DNA from: a virus
Direction: 5' to 3' (one strand)
DNA: 64,000 nt
IMG/VR virus record: IMGVR_UViG_3300042197_002243
The notes beneath the pieces were generated by a model. That model had not been told where the DNA came from and ran no database searches. It saw nothing but the letters and a program-made list of their open reading frames with translations. The position numbers and the translations under genes are program-made. Shown here one piece after another: positions 44,550 to 55,424 of this stretch (position 1 is its first letter; every line of letters begins with the position of its first letter).

Positions 44550-45101
44550 TTATGCTTGACCGGTAATTTGTACTTGTTGGGTATAAAGAGTTCCAGCACC
44601 ACTATCGGTAATGGCTGCGACTTTAATTGAGTTTCTCAGAATTGCATCAGGATCAGCAAATGAAGTAGCAATTCCAGAAGTATCTGTTGCAATTCCAATT
44701 CTTGTTGAATAATATCCACCCTGATTCGAAGTATTATATACTTGAATAACTGGGGCATGAGTGAAATTATAATAAGTCTGCTGAGATGCAGTCAAAGTTA
44801 CATAGTCACCAATTCCAAAAGGTGATGCCTGACCTTCAGGGAAATCAACATAAGTTGTGGTTCCAGTTGTAACTCCAACAATTCTTGCCGATCCATTATC
44901 AATTGCAAGAGTTGCAGAAGTTCCAGAAGGAATGCAATAATCACCTGTAGTGGCAGTTGGCTCTGTTCCAATCGCAACAAACGCATTTGCGCCAGTTGCA
45001 ACTAATCTGAGAGTGTTAGATCTCCCAGAAAAAGCTGTCGATTTTGATGAAGTTGTGGATGTGGTAAACGAAATACCAGATCCAACTGGTCTATGGGTCA
45101 T
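44550..45101 (-). CDS. putative structural protein
   Basis: Thr/Gly-rich beta protein in the head cluster. Confidence 0.7.
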   Translation of the reverse strand: MTHRPVGSGISFTTSTTSSKSTAFSGRSNTLRLVATGANAFVAIGTEPTATTGDYCIPSGTSATLAIDNGSARIVGVTTGTTTYVDFPEGQASPFGIGDYVTLTASQQTYYNFTHAPVIQVYNTSNQGGYYSTRIGIATDTSGIATSFADPDAILRNSIKVAAITDSGAGTLYTQQVQITGQA

Positions 45102-45139
45102 TATTCTTATAATACATTTAATAGTTATTTATTATTTAA

Positions 45140-46441
45140 TCAAGTTAGGTCAAAGAAACTCAAAGAACCAATAATATCCCCAGTTCCAGTCAATACTCTT
45201 GCTGCAAGAGTATAAGTATCACTTACTTTTGCTTGAGTTCTACCAAGTTGCAAATCCCAGTTATAATCAATATCTGTTGAAATTGGTAGTGCTGCAGAAC
45301 CACCACCAAAAACTCCTACATCTGCACTTACAACATAACTATGATAAACAATTGTTCCACCAGTTAATGAAGATGCACTGATATCTCCCTGAACATTTGG
45401 TGAGTCGGTTGATGTCCAACCCACACCACTGAGAGTTGCATTTTTAATAACTGCAATCTCAAAGAAATCTCCATCTGTTGATGTGGGAAGAACTGCAAAT
45501 TGTTTGAGAAGAACAACTGCATCTTCTCTTCCAGGTGCGAGACGAATACTTGCAAGTGGTTCAAATGATGTTCCGACTGTTGTATCGGATGTTCTTCTTA
45601 CAATTTTTTCTGAAACTTTCTTTTCATAACCACCATTAGATTGAACTGATATACAAATCTGTTTCATCATAGATGATGATGTTGTAATACCAGTATTGAA
45701 TATCTCATAACGACAAGGAAGTGTTGCAGTCGTCATATAAACACTATCAAGCACATTTGCGTGATTGAAGATATGTGCAATATGTGCGTTTCCATCAGCA
45801 TTAATAAAACCAACTCTAATTGCACCTGCACCTAACCACTCATATTCTGTAAAAAATATTTGTGACTTTGTTAAATCTAAAGTAACACCACTTGGGCCAG
45901 TTCCATCCATCTTATCCACATTCCATTCTGATTGAGGAACAGAAACTGTTGTTCCAACACCAGAAATTCCTGTGCGTTTGATAATATTAACTTGAGAACC
46001 ATTCAGTTCCAACATCACACCATTTTCAGATGATGCGTATCCCGCTCTTTGAACTAGATTTGCTTTTGCGGGATTGAATACAAATGTTTGAAGAACTTGA
46101 AGTGATTTTCCTGGTAGATATGGAAATACTCTTTTGGTTTCACGAATTATTGAACATCCTGCAGTTGTTCCTATTCCAAGTGATGCAGTGCTTTGTGCGG
46201 TTATAATACCAACAGTAGAACCCGCACCAACAATTACATCACTAAATTGCCCATCAAGGTCATAACGATTTACATTATCAAAAAGTGTGTATGGTTGTGA
46301 TATTTTTAATCTACCAAATAAATCCAATTGGAAATTATTTGCTAATGCTATTGGAAATGGATTTGTATTACTTACTGCAGAAGTGCCAATGCCAGTATTG
46401 ACTACTACATTTGCTGGTTGGGGAAGAGGATTATATGACAT
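45140..46441 (-). CDS. putative structural protein (lectin/beta-sandwich-like)
   Basis: DLFGRLKISQP.TLFD, YLPGKS, QSEWNVD, EWLGAG.IR. Confidence 0.7.
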   Translation of the reverse strand: MSYNPLPQPANVVVNTGIGTSAVSNTNPFPIALANNFQLDLFGRLKISQPYTLFDNVNRYDLDGQFSDVIVGAGSTVGIITAQSTASLGIGTTAGCSIIRETKRVFPYLPGKSLQVLQTFVFNPAKANLVQRAGYASSENGVMLELNGSQVNIIKRTGISGVGTTVSVPQSEWNVDKMDGTGPSGVTLDLTKSQIFFTEYEWLGAGAIRVGFINADGNAHIAHIFNHANVLDSVYMTTATLPCRYEIFNTGITTSSSMMKQICISVQSNGGYEKKVSEKIVRRTSDTTVGTSFEPLASIRLAPGREDAVVLLKQFAVLPTSTDGDFFEIAVIKNATLSGVGWTSTDSPNVQGDISASSLTGGTIVYHSYVVSADVGVFGGGSAALPISTDIDYNWDLQLGRTQAKVSDTYTLAARVLTGTGDIIGSLSFFDLT

Positions 46442-47196
46442 TAGATTATATACCAATTAGAACCGTTGTAAAAATAAGTAAAACTTTGATGATTGGAATT
46501 CATAATAACTGAAGTATTATTCTCAACACTTTGTCCAATACCTGTTTGAACTGTAATATTATATGTAGATATATTGTTTCCCTCGTCTTTTACTGTAATC
46601 TTTTTGCCAATACTTGGAGATAAAGGAAGAACTACTGTAACTGGGACATTCGCACTTACACCAATATAATCATCAGTATTTGATGCTTGATAGTATGTGG
46701 TAATACCAGTGATAGATACTACACTTGTAATGCCAACAGCATCACCAACCCATTTGCCAGATGATGCATCATACTTCAAATAATAACCATTATTTTTCGC
46801 AGAATTTCTATCAACATCATCTAAAAACTCAAGACGAGTTTCACCACCTCCACCTAATGTGGAAAGTTGTTGCTGAATTCTTTCTAAGAATAATCTATAA
46901 TGATTTTGAAGATCTTCGAGTGTTGCAAAATTTTGAGTGAGGGGTGTAAGAGGATCTTGTTGAATTTTTTGATCTGATGGTTGAGCAAGAAGGCCTAAAG
47001 ATTTTTCAATTAATGATTGCTCTTCTTTTTGCTCTATTACTATCTTTTTGACCTTTTTTTTATTTTTGTTTGGATTAGAAAATCCTTCAAAAATATCATC
47101 AAAATCCAAATCTCCAATAATAGATTTAAATTCTTCTTCTTTTTTTCGTTTCTCTTCTGCAACCAAATTAAAGAAAGAAGATAAGTCTTCAGACAT
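46441..47196 (-). CDS. hypothetical protein, charged N-half and fibre-like C-terminal domain
   Basis: TLGGGGETRLEFLDDV, VTVVLP..P..GKKITVKDEG. Confidence 0.7.
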   Translation of the reverse strand: MSEDLSSFFNLVAEEKRKKEEEFKSIIGDLDFDDIFEGFSNPNKNKKKVKKIVIEQKEEQSLIEKSLGLLAQPSDQKIQQDPLTPLTQNFATLEDLQNHYRLFLERIQQQLSTLGGGGETRLEFLDDVDRNSAKNNGYYLKYDASSGKWVGDAVGITSVVSITGITTYYQASNTDDYIGVSANVPVTVVLPLSPSIGKKITVKDEGNNISTYNITVQTGIGQSVENNTSVIMNSNHQSFTYFYNGSNWYII

Positions 47197-47199
47197 TTA

Positions 47200-47382
47200 T
47201 TACTCTTCCTCGTCAGAATATTCTTGCTCAGAATTATCAAACATTGAAGATGCAACTAAAGGTCTAAATGCATCTACCTTTTCACCAGATTTGGCAAAAA
47301 GTAAATCTTTAATTTTGTCACTGATTTGTGAGGGACTTTCATCAGTAACAATCATATCCATTAATTCGTCCATGACTTCCAA
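47200..47382 (-). CDS. small acidic prohead core-like protein
   Basis: Position directly after g20; acidic. Confidence 0.65.
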   Translation of the reverse strand: MEVMDELMDMIVTDESPSQISDKIKDLLFAKSGEKVDAFRPLVASSMFDNSEQEYSDEEE

Positions 47383-47404
47383 AATAAGTAATCTTTTTTA
47401 TTTA

Positions 47405-49081
47405 TCAGATTTCGCCACCCTTGGGCATTTTAACCTCAGGAGGTTCAACAGATTTTGCATTAACTTCTGGTTCCATGACTGGAGCTCCAAGATCTCCTGT
47501 CATCATTCCGGGCATTGGTTGACCTGTAGCAGGATCAATCATCATTTCAGCGGGATCTGGAATTGTACCATCCTTAATTTCTTTTTCAATAATTGCATCT
47601 TGCTCAACAATTTCTTCATCAGTTTGGCGAAGAATCTTTCTACGAATATAATCTTGTGAAAAATATTTGCCGACATATGGTTCTGCTTGAGCAACCATAT
47701 TTAATCTTTCAGTCAGAAGCTCTGATTCTTTGAGTTCTGCAAAGTGGTTATCATAGAGGAAGTCGTATTGAATATGCTCACTCATCATTTCCCAATCTTC
47801 TGGAGTAATAATGTTCTTGAGAATCAATTGCGTCTTCAGCATATCATTGAACATTGCTGAAAATCTTTTTCTCAAACGTCCAACAAACTTACTGAACTTA
47901 ACTTCATCTCTTAAAATTTCTGATGAACGTCCAAGATTAAATCCACCTTCGCCACCAATTCTTGATGATGGAACGTTCAGTGAACGATAAAGTTTTTCTT
48001 GGAAGTACTTAATATCAGTAATTTCACCAAGGTTTTGGCCACCAGGAAGAGTAGTGATCTCAGTTCCTCTACCACCTTCACGGCGAGGTAACCAGAAATC
48101 CTCAAGCATACTCATGTATTTTTTATCATCACGGATTTCACCAGTGTTTGCATCATACACAAGTTTGTTACGATAACGCATCATAACATCACGAAGATAT
48201 TGTTCTGCTTTAATTTTGGGAAGATTGCCAACATCAATATAAAAAATTCTTCTTTCTGGAGCACGAGACAATCTATAAATGACAAGACTGTCTTCAATCA
48301 TTCTCAGTTGATTAAGAGCCTTAATTGCTTTGTGCAAGTACGATAATGTTGATCCTTTATTTCTATCTACGAGACCAGATGTGCAATATGTAATTGCATC
48401 TCTTGAAATCTTAATACCTTTTTGATCTCCAAGAGATGATGGATTTGATGTTGGATATGTTGCTTGTGGAGTGTAAATAAAATATTCTTCAATCTCAGGA
48501 AACTCATACTGCATTGGATTATCCTGATTCATGTTGGATAATCTGACACTACGATTATCTTTATCCGTTTTTTTAGTCTGCCTCACATAACGAATTTTCA
48601 TAGAGTCAATATATCTTAACTCTTGAATTCCCTCATGTGGGTTTTTAAGATCGATTACTTTATGATAATACAATCTTCCGTCAATATACCAATTTCTATA
48701 AATCTCATGAGATTTTTTATCAAAATCTAAAAGGTCTAAAATACCTTTAAACTCTTGTCGGATTATTTTTTTAATACCATCACTTGCATTTAAGTTTGAT
48801 AATTCAATTTCTACTGGAGTGTCATTTGTATCTGAAACAATAGCCTCATTTACAATATCTTCAATTGCACTATCACACTCTGGATGCAGTGCCATTTCAC
48901 GATATCTTTTAATTAAATCAAATTCGGTTCTATAAATCCCTTCCAGATCAACATAAGAACCAAAAAATCCACTGGTTAAATAATGGTCAACCCCGTCCTC
49001 ATTATTGGGAGGAACGGGGGAAACCACACCGGGGGATAATGGTTCTTTATCTTCAATAGAGAAACCAAAAAGTTTTGCCAT
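47405..49081 (-). CDS. gp20: portal protein
   Basis: WYIDGR, RAPERRIFYIDVGNLP, EDFWLPRREGGRGTEI. Confidence 0.98.
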   Translation of the reverse strand: MAKLFGFSIEDKEPLSPGVVSPVPPNNEDGVDHYLTSGFFGSYVDLEGIYRTEFDLIKRYREMALHPECDSAIEDIVNEAIVSDTNDTPVEIELSNLNASDGIKKIIRQEFKGILDLLDFDKKSHEIYRNWYIDGRLYYHKVIDLKNPHEGIQELRYIDSMKIRYVRQTKKTDKDNRSVRLSNMNQDNPMQYEFPEIEEYFIYTPQATYPTSNPSSLGDQKGIKISRDAITYCTSGLVDRNKGSTLSYLHKAIKALNQLRMIEDSLVIYRLSRAPERRIFYIDVGNLPKIKAEQYLRDVMMRYRNKLVYDANTGEIRDDKKYMSMLEDFWLPRREGGRGTEITTLPGGQNLGEITDIKYFQEKLYRSLNVPSSRIGGEGGFNLGRSSEILRDEVKFSKFVGRLRKRFSAMFNDMLKTQLILKNIITPEDWEMMSEHIQYDFLYDNHFAELKESELLTERLNMVAQAEPYVGKYFSQDYIRRKILRQTDEEIVEQDAIIEKEIKDGTIPDPAEMMIDPATGQPMPGMMTGDLGAPVMEPEVNAKSVEPPEVKMPKGGEI

Positions 49082-49112
49082 TATTAAAGTGTAGACTTAT
49101 TTGTACTATTTA

Positions 49113-49727
49113 TCAAGCACCAGAACCGGCAGCCTCAGGATAGAAGTACTGAATCTGGAATTCTACAGTAAACTCTTCAATTGCATTCTCAGTTTCATAT
49201 GAAAGAGGAATATCTGAAATTGAAGTTGGGAAAATATCAACGAACTTATACTGTGCAAGAATGTTTGAAGGACCTGAAGTTGTTCCTTCACCTTGCTGAG
49301 AAGCAGCAGTTCTTCCCAGTTGATAAACTGTTGCATTGCCCATGTAGTCTTGTGGGTTTGTCAAACCTGAGCTGTCGCCATATTGAGCAACGTTTTGCAT
49401 CCATGCTTCAAATGATCTTCTGTGAGAAAAGTTTTCATCATTGATAATCGTTACTGACCAATTATCAAAAGATCTATCGCCAGCAACTTTTAAAGTTCTT
49501 CCTCTAAAAGGAATTGCAATCTCACTAACTGTCGATGCTGGAAGTGCAGCAGACTTACACATAAATCTAAAGTTTTCGCTGTCAAATGTTCCTGTACCAT
49601 CATTTTGAATTCCAAGATTTACTCCTGCTGGAAATGCAACACTAACCTCAAACAGGTTAGGACGAACACCACCACCAATGAGTTTTGACTTAAACTGTGA
49701 GATGTTTCTTGTTGGAATTTGTGCCAT
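49113..49727 (-). CDS. gp19: tail tube protein
   Basis: RPNLFEV, FRGRTLKVAGDRSF, IEEFTVEF. Confidence 0.94.
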   Translation of the reverse strand: MAQIPTRNISQFKSKLIGGGVRPNLFEVSVAFPAGVNLGIQNDGTGTFDSENFRFMCKSAALPASTVSEIAIPFRGRTLKVAGDRSFDNWSVTIINDENFSHRRSFEAWMQNVAQYGDSSGLTNPQDYMGNATVYQLGRTAASQQGEGTTSGPSNILAQYKFVDIFPTSISDIPLSYETENAIEEFTVEFQIQYFYPEAAGSGA

Positions 49728-49760
49728 TTTTAGGGTCCTCCTTAGTGATTAATTATAAGA

Positions 49761-51950
49761 TCAAACAGTTCCTGCAACTTCCTCAAAGCTGACCCCAGTT
49801 CGAGTCGCTACGAAAGTTAAGGTTACGTAGTTAATTGACTTTGTTGGTTTCAGGTAAATATCAGCTCTGAATTCATTGTTATCAATAACATCAGGAGTAT
49901 TATTTGTTTCATCACAAACAACTAAGAAGTCGTAAAGACCACGCTTTGCCTGAATGTCTCTCAGGTATGGTTCAACAATATTAACAAAGTTTGATCTTGT
50001 AATTTGATCGTTCAGTTCAAAGAGTTGAGCGTTTGCAGTTCTTTCGAGTGCTTGTTCGATTGTCAGGAAGAGGCGACGAACATTGATTCTATCAAATGCA
50101 GAAGCATATGAAAGTGCTGTTTTGTCTCCGTAAAGAATAATTCCCGTTCCTGGTTGATTGATGATTGAGTTAATTCTCAATGGATATAACTGATCTCGTT
50201 GTGCCTTTGATGGATTGTATGCAAGTTTGGTTGCATTGTTCAATACACCTCTTTGCTGACCAGCTGGTGAGAACCATGGATAAGAAGTGATCACTGTTCT
50301 TACCATCAATCCTGCAATGTCACCATTGCATGGAATATAACGGAAAGTATTATTGAATCTATCATATGTGTACTTATATCCACTGTCAAAGACTGCGTAT
50401 GATGAAGATGATAATGGAGAGAAAAATTCGATTATATTTGTTGTTTGTGTTGTTGAATTTGTAACATTAACAACATCTGCTCTATGAGGAGAAATTATCG
50501 CTAAACAGTCCTTTCTTTCATTTGCAATTGAAATTAGGTAATTTGCTTTTGCTTGCGATTCAAATTTGTTTGATAAACCAGGACCCATTAACAAATAATC
50601 GATAGCAATTTCATCCTTATTTGAGAACAATTGATATGAACTTGTTAAGAAAGATAATCCGGCAACCATACCATTTCCTGCTCCATAGTCAGCACCACCA
50701 CTTAAAGTATATGATGCATTACCTATTGAACTAAAAGTTTTTCCTTGTGCAGGTAAATTCCATTGACCTTCAGATTCTGTATTGGCAACAAATGCAGTCG
50801 AAAATCCAGCAGCTCTTGGAGCAGTACCATGGTAATCATCTATACCAACAGAAGGATTGTCGCCGGCATAAAGGTATGCAGAATTATCCGCAATATAATT
50901 TTTCCAGAAAATTTTCTGTGGAGAATTGACTGCAGAAACAGCATCTGTGGCCTTTGAAAGACCAATATGCTTTTCTAAAAGATTTCCCTGAATTCCCGTT
51001 AAAGTTCCTCTGTCATCATATACAACAACATGAATTTCATCATTTTTACAATTTCTATCTGAAGCATATGATGATGTTGATGGTTTTGGTGCAATAGACT
51101 TCCAATAAACTGTAGAATTTGTTAGTCCAAGCGTTTGTTGATCGTACCAATCGTCAACAGTTACTGCAGTAGTATTTGATCCCGTTTGTATCCCCGATGC
51201 ATTAATAAATTTTAATGTGTCATTTGCTGTAAATGATGAAGCTCTATCCGATTGTTTGTATGAAATGGCAGTCTCCGTTCCACCTGAAGAAACTCTTGAA
51301 ACAAGTCTTACATCAATTGTGCTGTTTCCATTGGTCGTATCTGTAGAAACTCCAGTAATGATACCCTTTAAATATCCCGTAAATGAGTTTGTTACTCCTT
51401 CTCCGGGGATAGTAATTGCTGCTACAGAAACTGTGACACCAAAACCAACTGTAACACCAGCTGCGCTCGGACTCGTAGTATTGATACCAATTGTTTGGTC
51501 TGCTTTATTATCAATTACACAAATTTTCATATTATTTGCCCAAGAACCGGGATTCTTAGCAGCAAAAACAAAATTTACACTATCGGAAGAATGATTGGAC
51601 GTATAATCATCATAGTTATCAATTTGTAATGTAGTTGTAGCAGCATAACCAACAGCAGCGTTGGCATTATTTAAACCTGACCCACTAGTTCTAACAACTT
51701 TTAATACACCACCATAACTTAAAAATGAGGATGCTGTCATCCAATATTCATATTGAGCATCAGTTGATAATGGTTTTCCAAATGTATTAATTAATTGTGC
51801 TTCTGTTGAGATATCGATTGGTTCATCAACTGGTCCCATAGCGAAAGGACCTGCAATTGCTCCGATATTATCGAGAACATTATCAGCTCTTCCTACGGTT
51901 AAGTCAACTTCCCTGATAAGTACACCAGGAGATAATTGAGGAGTCGCCAT
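49761..51950 (-). CDS. gp18: tail sheath protein
   Basis: LSPGV..REVD, PWFSPAG, GDKT, FDRINVRRLF. Confidence 0.97.
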   Translation of the reverse strand: MATPQLSPGVLIREVDLTVGRADNVLDNIGAIAGPFAMGPVDEPIDISTEAQLINTFGKPLSTDAQYEYWMTASSFLSYGGVLKVVRTSGSGLNNANAAVGYAATTTLQIDNYDDYTSNHSSDSVNFVFAAKNPGSWANNMKICVIDNKADQTIGINTTSPSAAGVTVGFGVTVSVAAITIPGEGVTNSFTGYLKGIITGVSTDTTNGNSTIDVRLVSRVSSGGTETAISYKQSDRASSFTANDTLKFINASGIQTGSNTTAVTVDDWYDQQTLGLTNSTVYWKSIAPKPSTSSYASDRNCKNDEIHVVVYDDRGTLTGIQGNLLEKHIGLSKATDAVSAVNSPQKIFWKNYIADNSAYLYAGDNPSVGIDDYHGTAPRAAGFSTAFVANTESEGQWNLPAQGKTFSSIGNASYTLSGGADYGAGNGMVAGLSFLTSSYQLFSNKDEIAIDYLLMGPGLSNKFESQAKANYLISIANERKDCLAIISPHRADVVNVTNSTTQTTNIIEFFSPLSSSSYAVFDSGYKYTYDRFNNTFRYIPCNGDIAGLMVRTVITSYPWFSPAGQQRGVLNNATKLAYNPSKAQRDQLYPLRINSIINQPGTGIILYGDKTALSYASAFDRINVRRLFLTIEQALERTANAQLFELNDQITRSNFVNIVEPYLRDIQAKRGLYDFLVVCDETNNTPDVIDNNEFRADIYLKPTKSINYVTLTFVATRTGVSFEEVAGTV

Positions 51951-52033
51951 GTTTTTCTCCGTTAGATCTCAGTTTATCTAAAAAATATTTATTAAAAATA
52001 CATCTTTGAGTGGGGAAACAATGCATGAACAAT

Positions 52034-52276
52034 TTACCAGTCAGGATATACCCACTTATCAAAAACTTTTGAGGTCATTCTACTTAAAACCACTCTTTTT
52101 TTTGTGCAGTCTTTACATTCATAAGAGTATGAAGATGCTCCAAATCCTTTTCTAATTTTATAAAAATGTTCCATCAAGTTTTTTTGTTGCCCACAAGTTC
52201 TGCAGATTCTTTCCTTAAACAATAAATGACCGAGTTTTAGTTGACCGTCTAAGTCCATTAGCTCAAATATTCCCAC
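52034..52276 (-). CDS. small Zn-finger protein
   Basis: CRTC...YECKDC. Confidence 0.65.
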   Translation of the reverse strand: MGIFELMDLDGQLKLGHLLFKERICRTCGQQKNLMEHFYKIRKGFGASSYSYECKDCTKKRVVLSRMTSKVFDKWVYPDW

Positions 52277-53907
52277 ATATATGCTCGATCACCATATTCG
52301 TCAGTATACCATCGATCACCATCAGTATCTACAAAACTAGTTTCATCTGTTCCATCAACAATAAATCCAAAAGGAGCCATATCTTGCTCTATCTGGTTTT
52401 TCTGCTCCTCATATAACCGCTTTCTAACATCCTGATCCGTAAGTTCTTTAAAATAATCTTGAGCTACTAACCATGCATAAATTACCAAACACATTGCTAG
52501 ATCATCATTGCAACCTTCTTCTGCTTCAAATGAATTATTTTTTTGAATGAATGTTGTAAGTTCACTCATAATTTCATAATCACTGAATATTAATTTGTCT
52601 TCCTCAATCATTGTCTTGAGATTGAGGCATCCAACTTTTTTCACTGCCTTGGACATCTTAACGCCAAGTTGAGTTTTCTTTCCAGAAAATCCTTGACCAA
52701 CAATTTGTCCCGCTCTACCACGCATGGAGCACATTAATAAATTGTTATACTCAAGATCATAATGAATAATTGAAGCAACCTGATCTCCCACGTCGTTAAC
52801 TTCGCAGAGGATAAATGCGCCATTATAACTTTTTGCAACATCAACAATCACACTTGGAAAAAGCATTGGTTTAATTTCGTTGTTTCGATACTTTGCAACA
52901 ACTTTATGGGGAAAACTTGAAATATCTACGACAGTAAATGCCGAGTAATCATTTCCAACTCCGCGAGCAACGTCAACTGTAATTAAATAATCATGCTCAT
53001 CAATTGGATCCTGATATACATCCAGTCCTCCGCTGCGAGTCTTAGGATGATCATAAACTAAAGCCCGAAGTTTGCTTGCTGCAATGAGTGTATCAACAGA
53101 CCCTAAGAATTCACATTCAAACTCAACTTTGAATTGCTGCTCAGAAGTGTTTGCAATCGTTTGTTTTTTCCACTCAGCATCGCGTCCAGGAACTTCAGAC
53201 CAATGAACATCAGTGAATACATATTCATTTTTACCACGCTCTGCATCATGCCACATGCGGTAGAAATGATTCATACCATGTGGCGTAGAAACAATAATTA
53301 CTTTCGTACTTTTACCCGAAGTAATTGTAGGATAAACTGACGCGAAGAATGAATCTGCGATGTGATTCGGAACGAACGCAAATTCGTCCAAAAAGAGAAT
53401 ATTGAAAGACATACCACGAACCGCAGAAGCAGAAGTAGAAGCAGCCAAGATCTTACTTCCATTCTCCAATTCCAATGATCCCTTATTCCATGCAATGATT
53501 CCTTGTTGCATCCATTTTGGTAGGTTTTCATATGCAGTTTGCAAGCGGTCTAAAAGTTCCCTTGCGGTTGCCGCTTTGTTAGCTAGAATACCTATATTTA
53601 CATTATCATTGAATACTGCATAATGTAGAAGGAATGATACCACAGTTGTAGACTTACCAGTCTGTCGTGGCATCTTACAGATATTAAATCGATGATTATG
53701 GAAATTGTTGACCAATTTTTCTTGAAAAGGATACATTGCAAATGGCTGCAATCCCTTATCAAGAGTCACAATTTTTACATAATTCTTTGCAAAATAAACT
53801 GGATCCTGTTTACATTTAACAAACTCAAGAATTTGTTCTTGAGTAAATTCAATCGGTGTATTTGCTTTTTTTAATAGCGGATTGCCAAGATAAACATCAT
53901 TTGCCAT
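52258..53907 (-). CDS. gp17: terminase large subunit
   Basis: RQTGKST, LDEFAF, STPHG, DVARG, DDLAM. Confidence 0.98.
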   Translation of the reverse strand: MANDVYLGNPLLKKANTPIEFTQEQILEFVKCKQDPVYFAKNYVKIVTLDKGLQPFAMYPFQEKLVNNFHNHRFNICKMPRQTGKSTTVVSFLLHYAVFNDNVNIGILANKAATARELLDRLQTAYENLPKWMQQGIIAWNKGSLELENGSKILAASTSASAVRGMSFNILFLDEFAFVPNHIADSFFASVYPTITSGKSTKVIIVSTPHGMNHFYRMWHDAERGKNEYVFTDVHWSEVPGRDAEWKKQTIANTSEQQFKVEFECEFLGSVDTLIAASKLRALVYDHPKTRSGGLDVYQDPIDEHDYLITVDVARGVGNDYSAFTVVDISSFPHKVVAKYRNNEIKPMLFPSVIVDVAKSYNGAFILCEVNDVGDQVASIIHYDLEYNNLLMCSMRGRAGQIVGQGFSGKKTQLGVKMSKAVKKVGCLNLKTMIEEDKLIFSDYEIMSELTTFIQKNNSFEAEEGCNDDLAMCLVIYAWLVAQDYFKELTDQDVRKRLYEEQKNQIEQDMAPFGFIVDGTDETSFVDTDGDRWYTDEYGDRAYMWEYLS

Positions 53908-53913
53908 AAAATA

Positions 53914-55404
53914 TTAACAGTTCCAAGCTCTAAGTGATTTGTTTATTCTGCTATCTGGATCTCTTGCAGTTTTTGCTGAAGTTAGTTTTGCCTTCATTCC
54001 TTTCATTCTAGCGCAGAACGATGCCCTACGGGGATTGCCAACTTTTTTTGAAGGTGCTTTAAGGTCGCTTCCTGGATTTTCGCGTTCATATGATTTACGA
54101 CCTTTTTCGTTGAGTCCGCCACTTTGATTCTTTCCTTCTTTACGTTGCCATGCAGAAACTTCTTCAATTGTTTCTTCACCAATTGTTTTATTATTTAAAA
54201 GATAATTTTTGGATTTTTGGAGATCGTAAACTTGAATCAATGGTTGTCCTGGTTCTAATCCTGCAACATTGTATTGAAGGACTGATGCTCCAGGATATAC
54301 TTTTTGAATTTGATCGGTTATTTCTCTTCTATTTGGCATCTTAACTTGTGGGAAAAACATTTTGTTCATATAAGTTTTTCCGCGCCAAGAAATAATTACA
54401 GAGATGATATTGCCATTAGTTGCTGGAAGACGAACTGATTCATCGACAACTGAAGGGCATTTTTCTTTACCATGAATCGGACAGTCCTTTCCATTCTCAG
54501 TATGAGTACATTCATTCTCTTCACTAACTGGAACACAATTTGGAACAACCTTTTTACCTTTCTTTTTCATTCCAACCTGCTTATACCCATCCCAACATTT
54601 TTCATCTAAGTTTAATTCTGCAAGAATCTTTTGGGCAATAGAAGATAACTCTTCACTTTTATTTCCCCAATTTGCTGCACCCTTTTTACGACACTTGACC
54701 AATGCCCCAGATGCATATGCACTTGGCCAAACATCGTATCTTGCTTTTACTTTATGGTAGCAAGCATCTTTCTTACCACTGCTTTTACCTTTTTCATCTG
54801 CTTCTTCATTCATTTCTCCACTATCAACATAGTCCGCAGCAGCATCAAGATAATCTGCAGCTTTAGTAATTTTTGATTGAACCCATGCTTCAATTTCTCC
54901 TTCACCTTTGCCCATCTTTGATTTGAGGCGTTTGGCAGCATTCATAATGGTTGAAAGTTCTGAACGAGCCATTGAATACTCGTGATCTTTTTCTTCTTTC
55001 ATTTTTTTTCTTGGACTATCGGTTGAAACATAGGTTGGTTTTGCTGCACCAGTTTTTTGTTGTTGTCCTGGATCTGCTGCTTTTTTTCTTTTTGCTGCGG
55101 AGCGTCTTTCTGCAGGTGTCATGCTTGCTCTTTTTGCTGAAGAAACACATTTAGGAACACCTTCTCCCGGTTCATCACTAGCACAAGTGCCACCAGTTAC
55201 AACGTTAACCCAACCAGGTTTTCCATCTTTCGATTTACTCTGAAACCATTTGTGAAGACCTTCTTCACTAATGGAAGAACCGTTTTCTTTACGAAGCATA
55301 CCTTCAGGATCTACCATAAAACCAGCAGGAATTGGTTTACATTCCTTATTTGTATAGCAATAGTATTGCCCTGCAGGGCAAAGTCCATTTTTCTGCTTTT
55401 TCAC
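53914..55404 (-). CDS. modular basic, Cys-containing protein; putative processed internal head protein
   Basis: GTG start after TATAAATA (55425-55432); short modules separated by hydrophobic-X-E/EE linkers. Confidence 0.75.
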   Translation of the reverse strand: MKKQKNGLCPAGQYYCYTNKECKPIPAGFMVDPEGMLRKENGSSISEEGLHKWFQSKSKDGKPGWVNVVTGGTCASDEPGEGVPKCVSSAKRASMTPAERRSAAKRKKAADPGQQQKTGAAKPTYVSTDSPRKKMKEEKDHEYSMARSELSTIMNAAKRLKSKMGKGEGEIEAWVQSKITKAADYLDAAADYVDSGEMNEEADEKGKSSGKKDACYHKVKARYDVWPSAYASGALVKCRKKGAANWGNKSEELSSIAQKILAELNLDEKCWDGYKQVGMKKKGKKVVPNCVPVSEENECTHTENGKDCPIHGKEKCPSVVDESVRLPATNGNIISVIISWRGKTYMNKMFFPQVKMPNRREITDQIQKVYPGASVLQYNVAGLEPGQPLIQVYDLQKSKNYLLNNKTIGEETIEEVSAWQRKEGKNQSGGLNEKGRKSYERENPGSDLKAPSKKVGNPRRASFCARMKGMKAKLTSAKTARDPDSRINKSLRAWNC

Positions 55405-55424
55405 ATTAACGATTCTTTTTTTTT

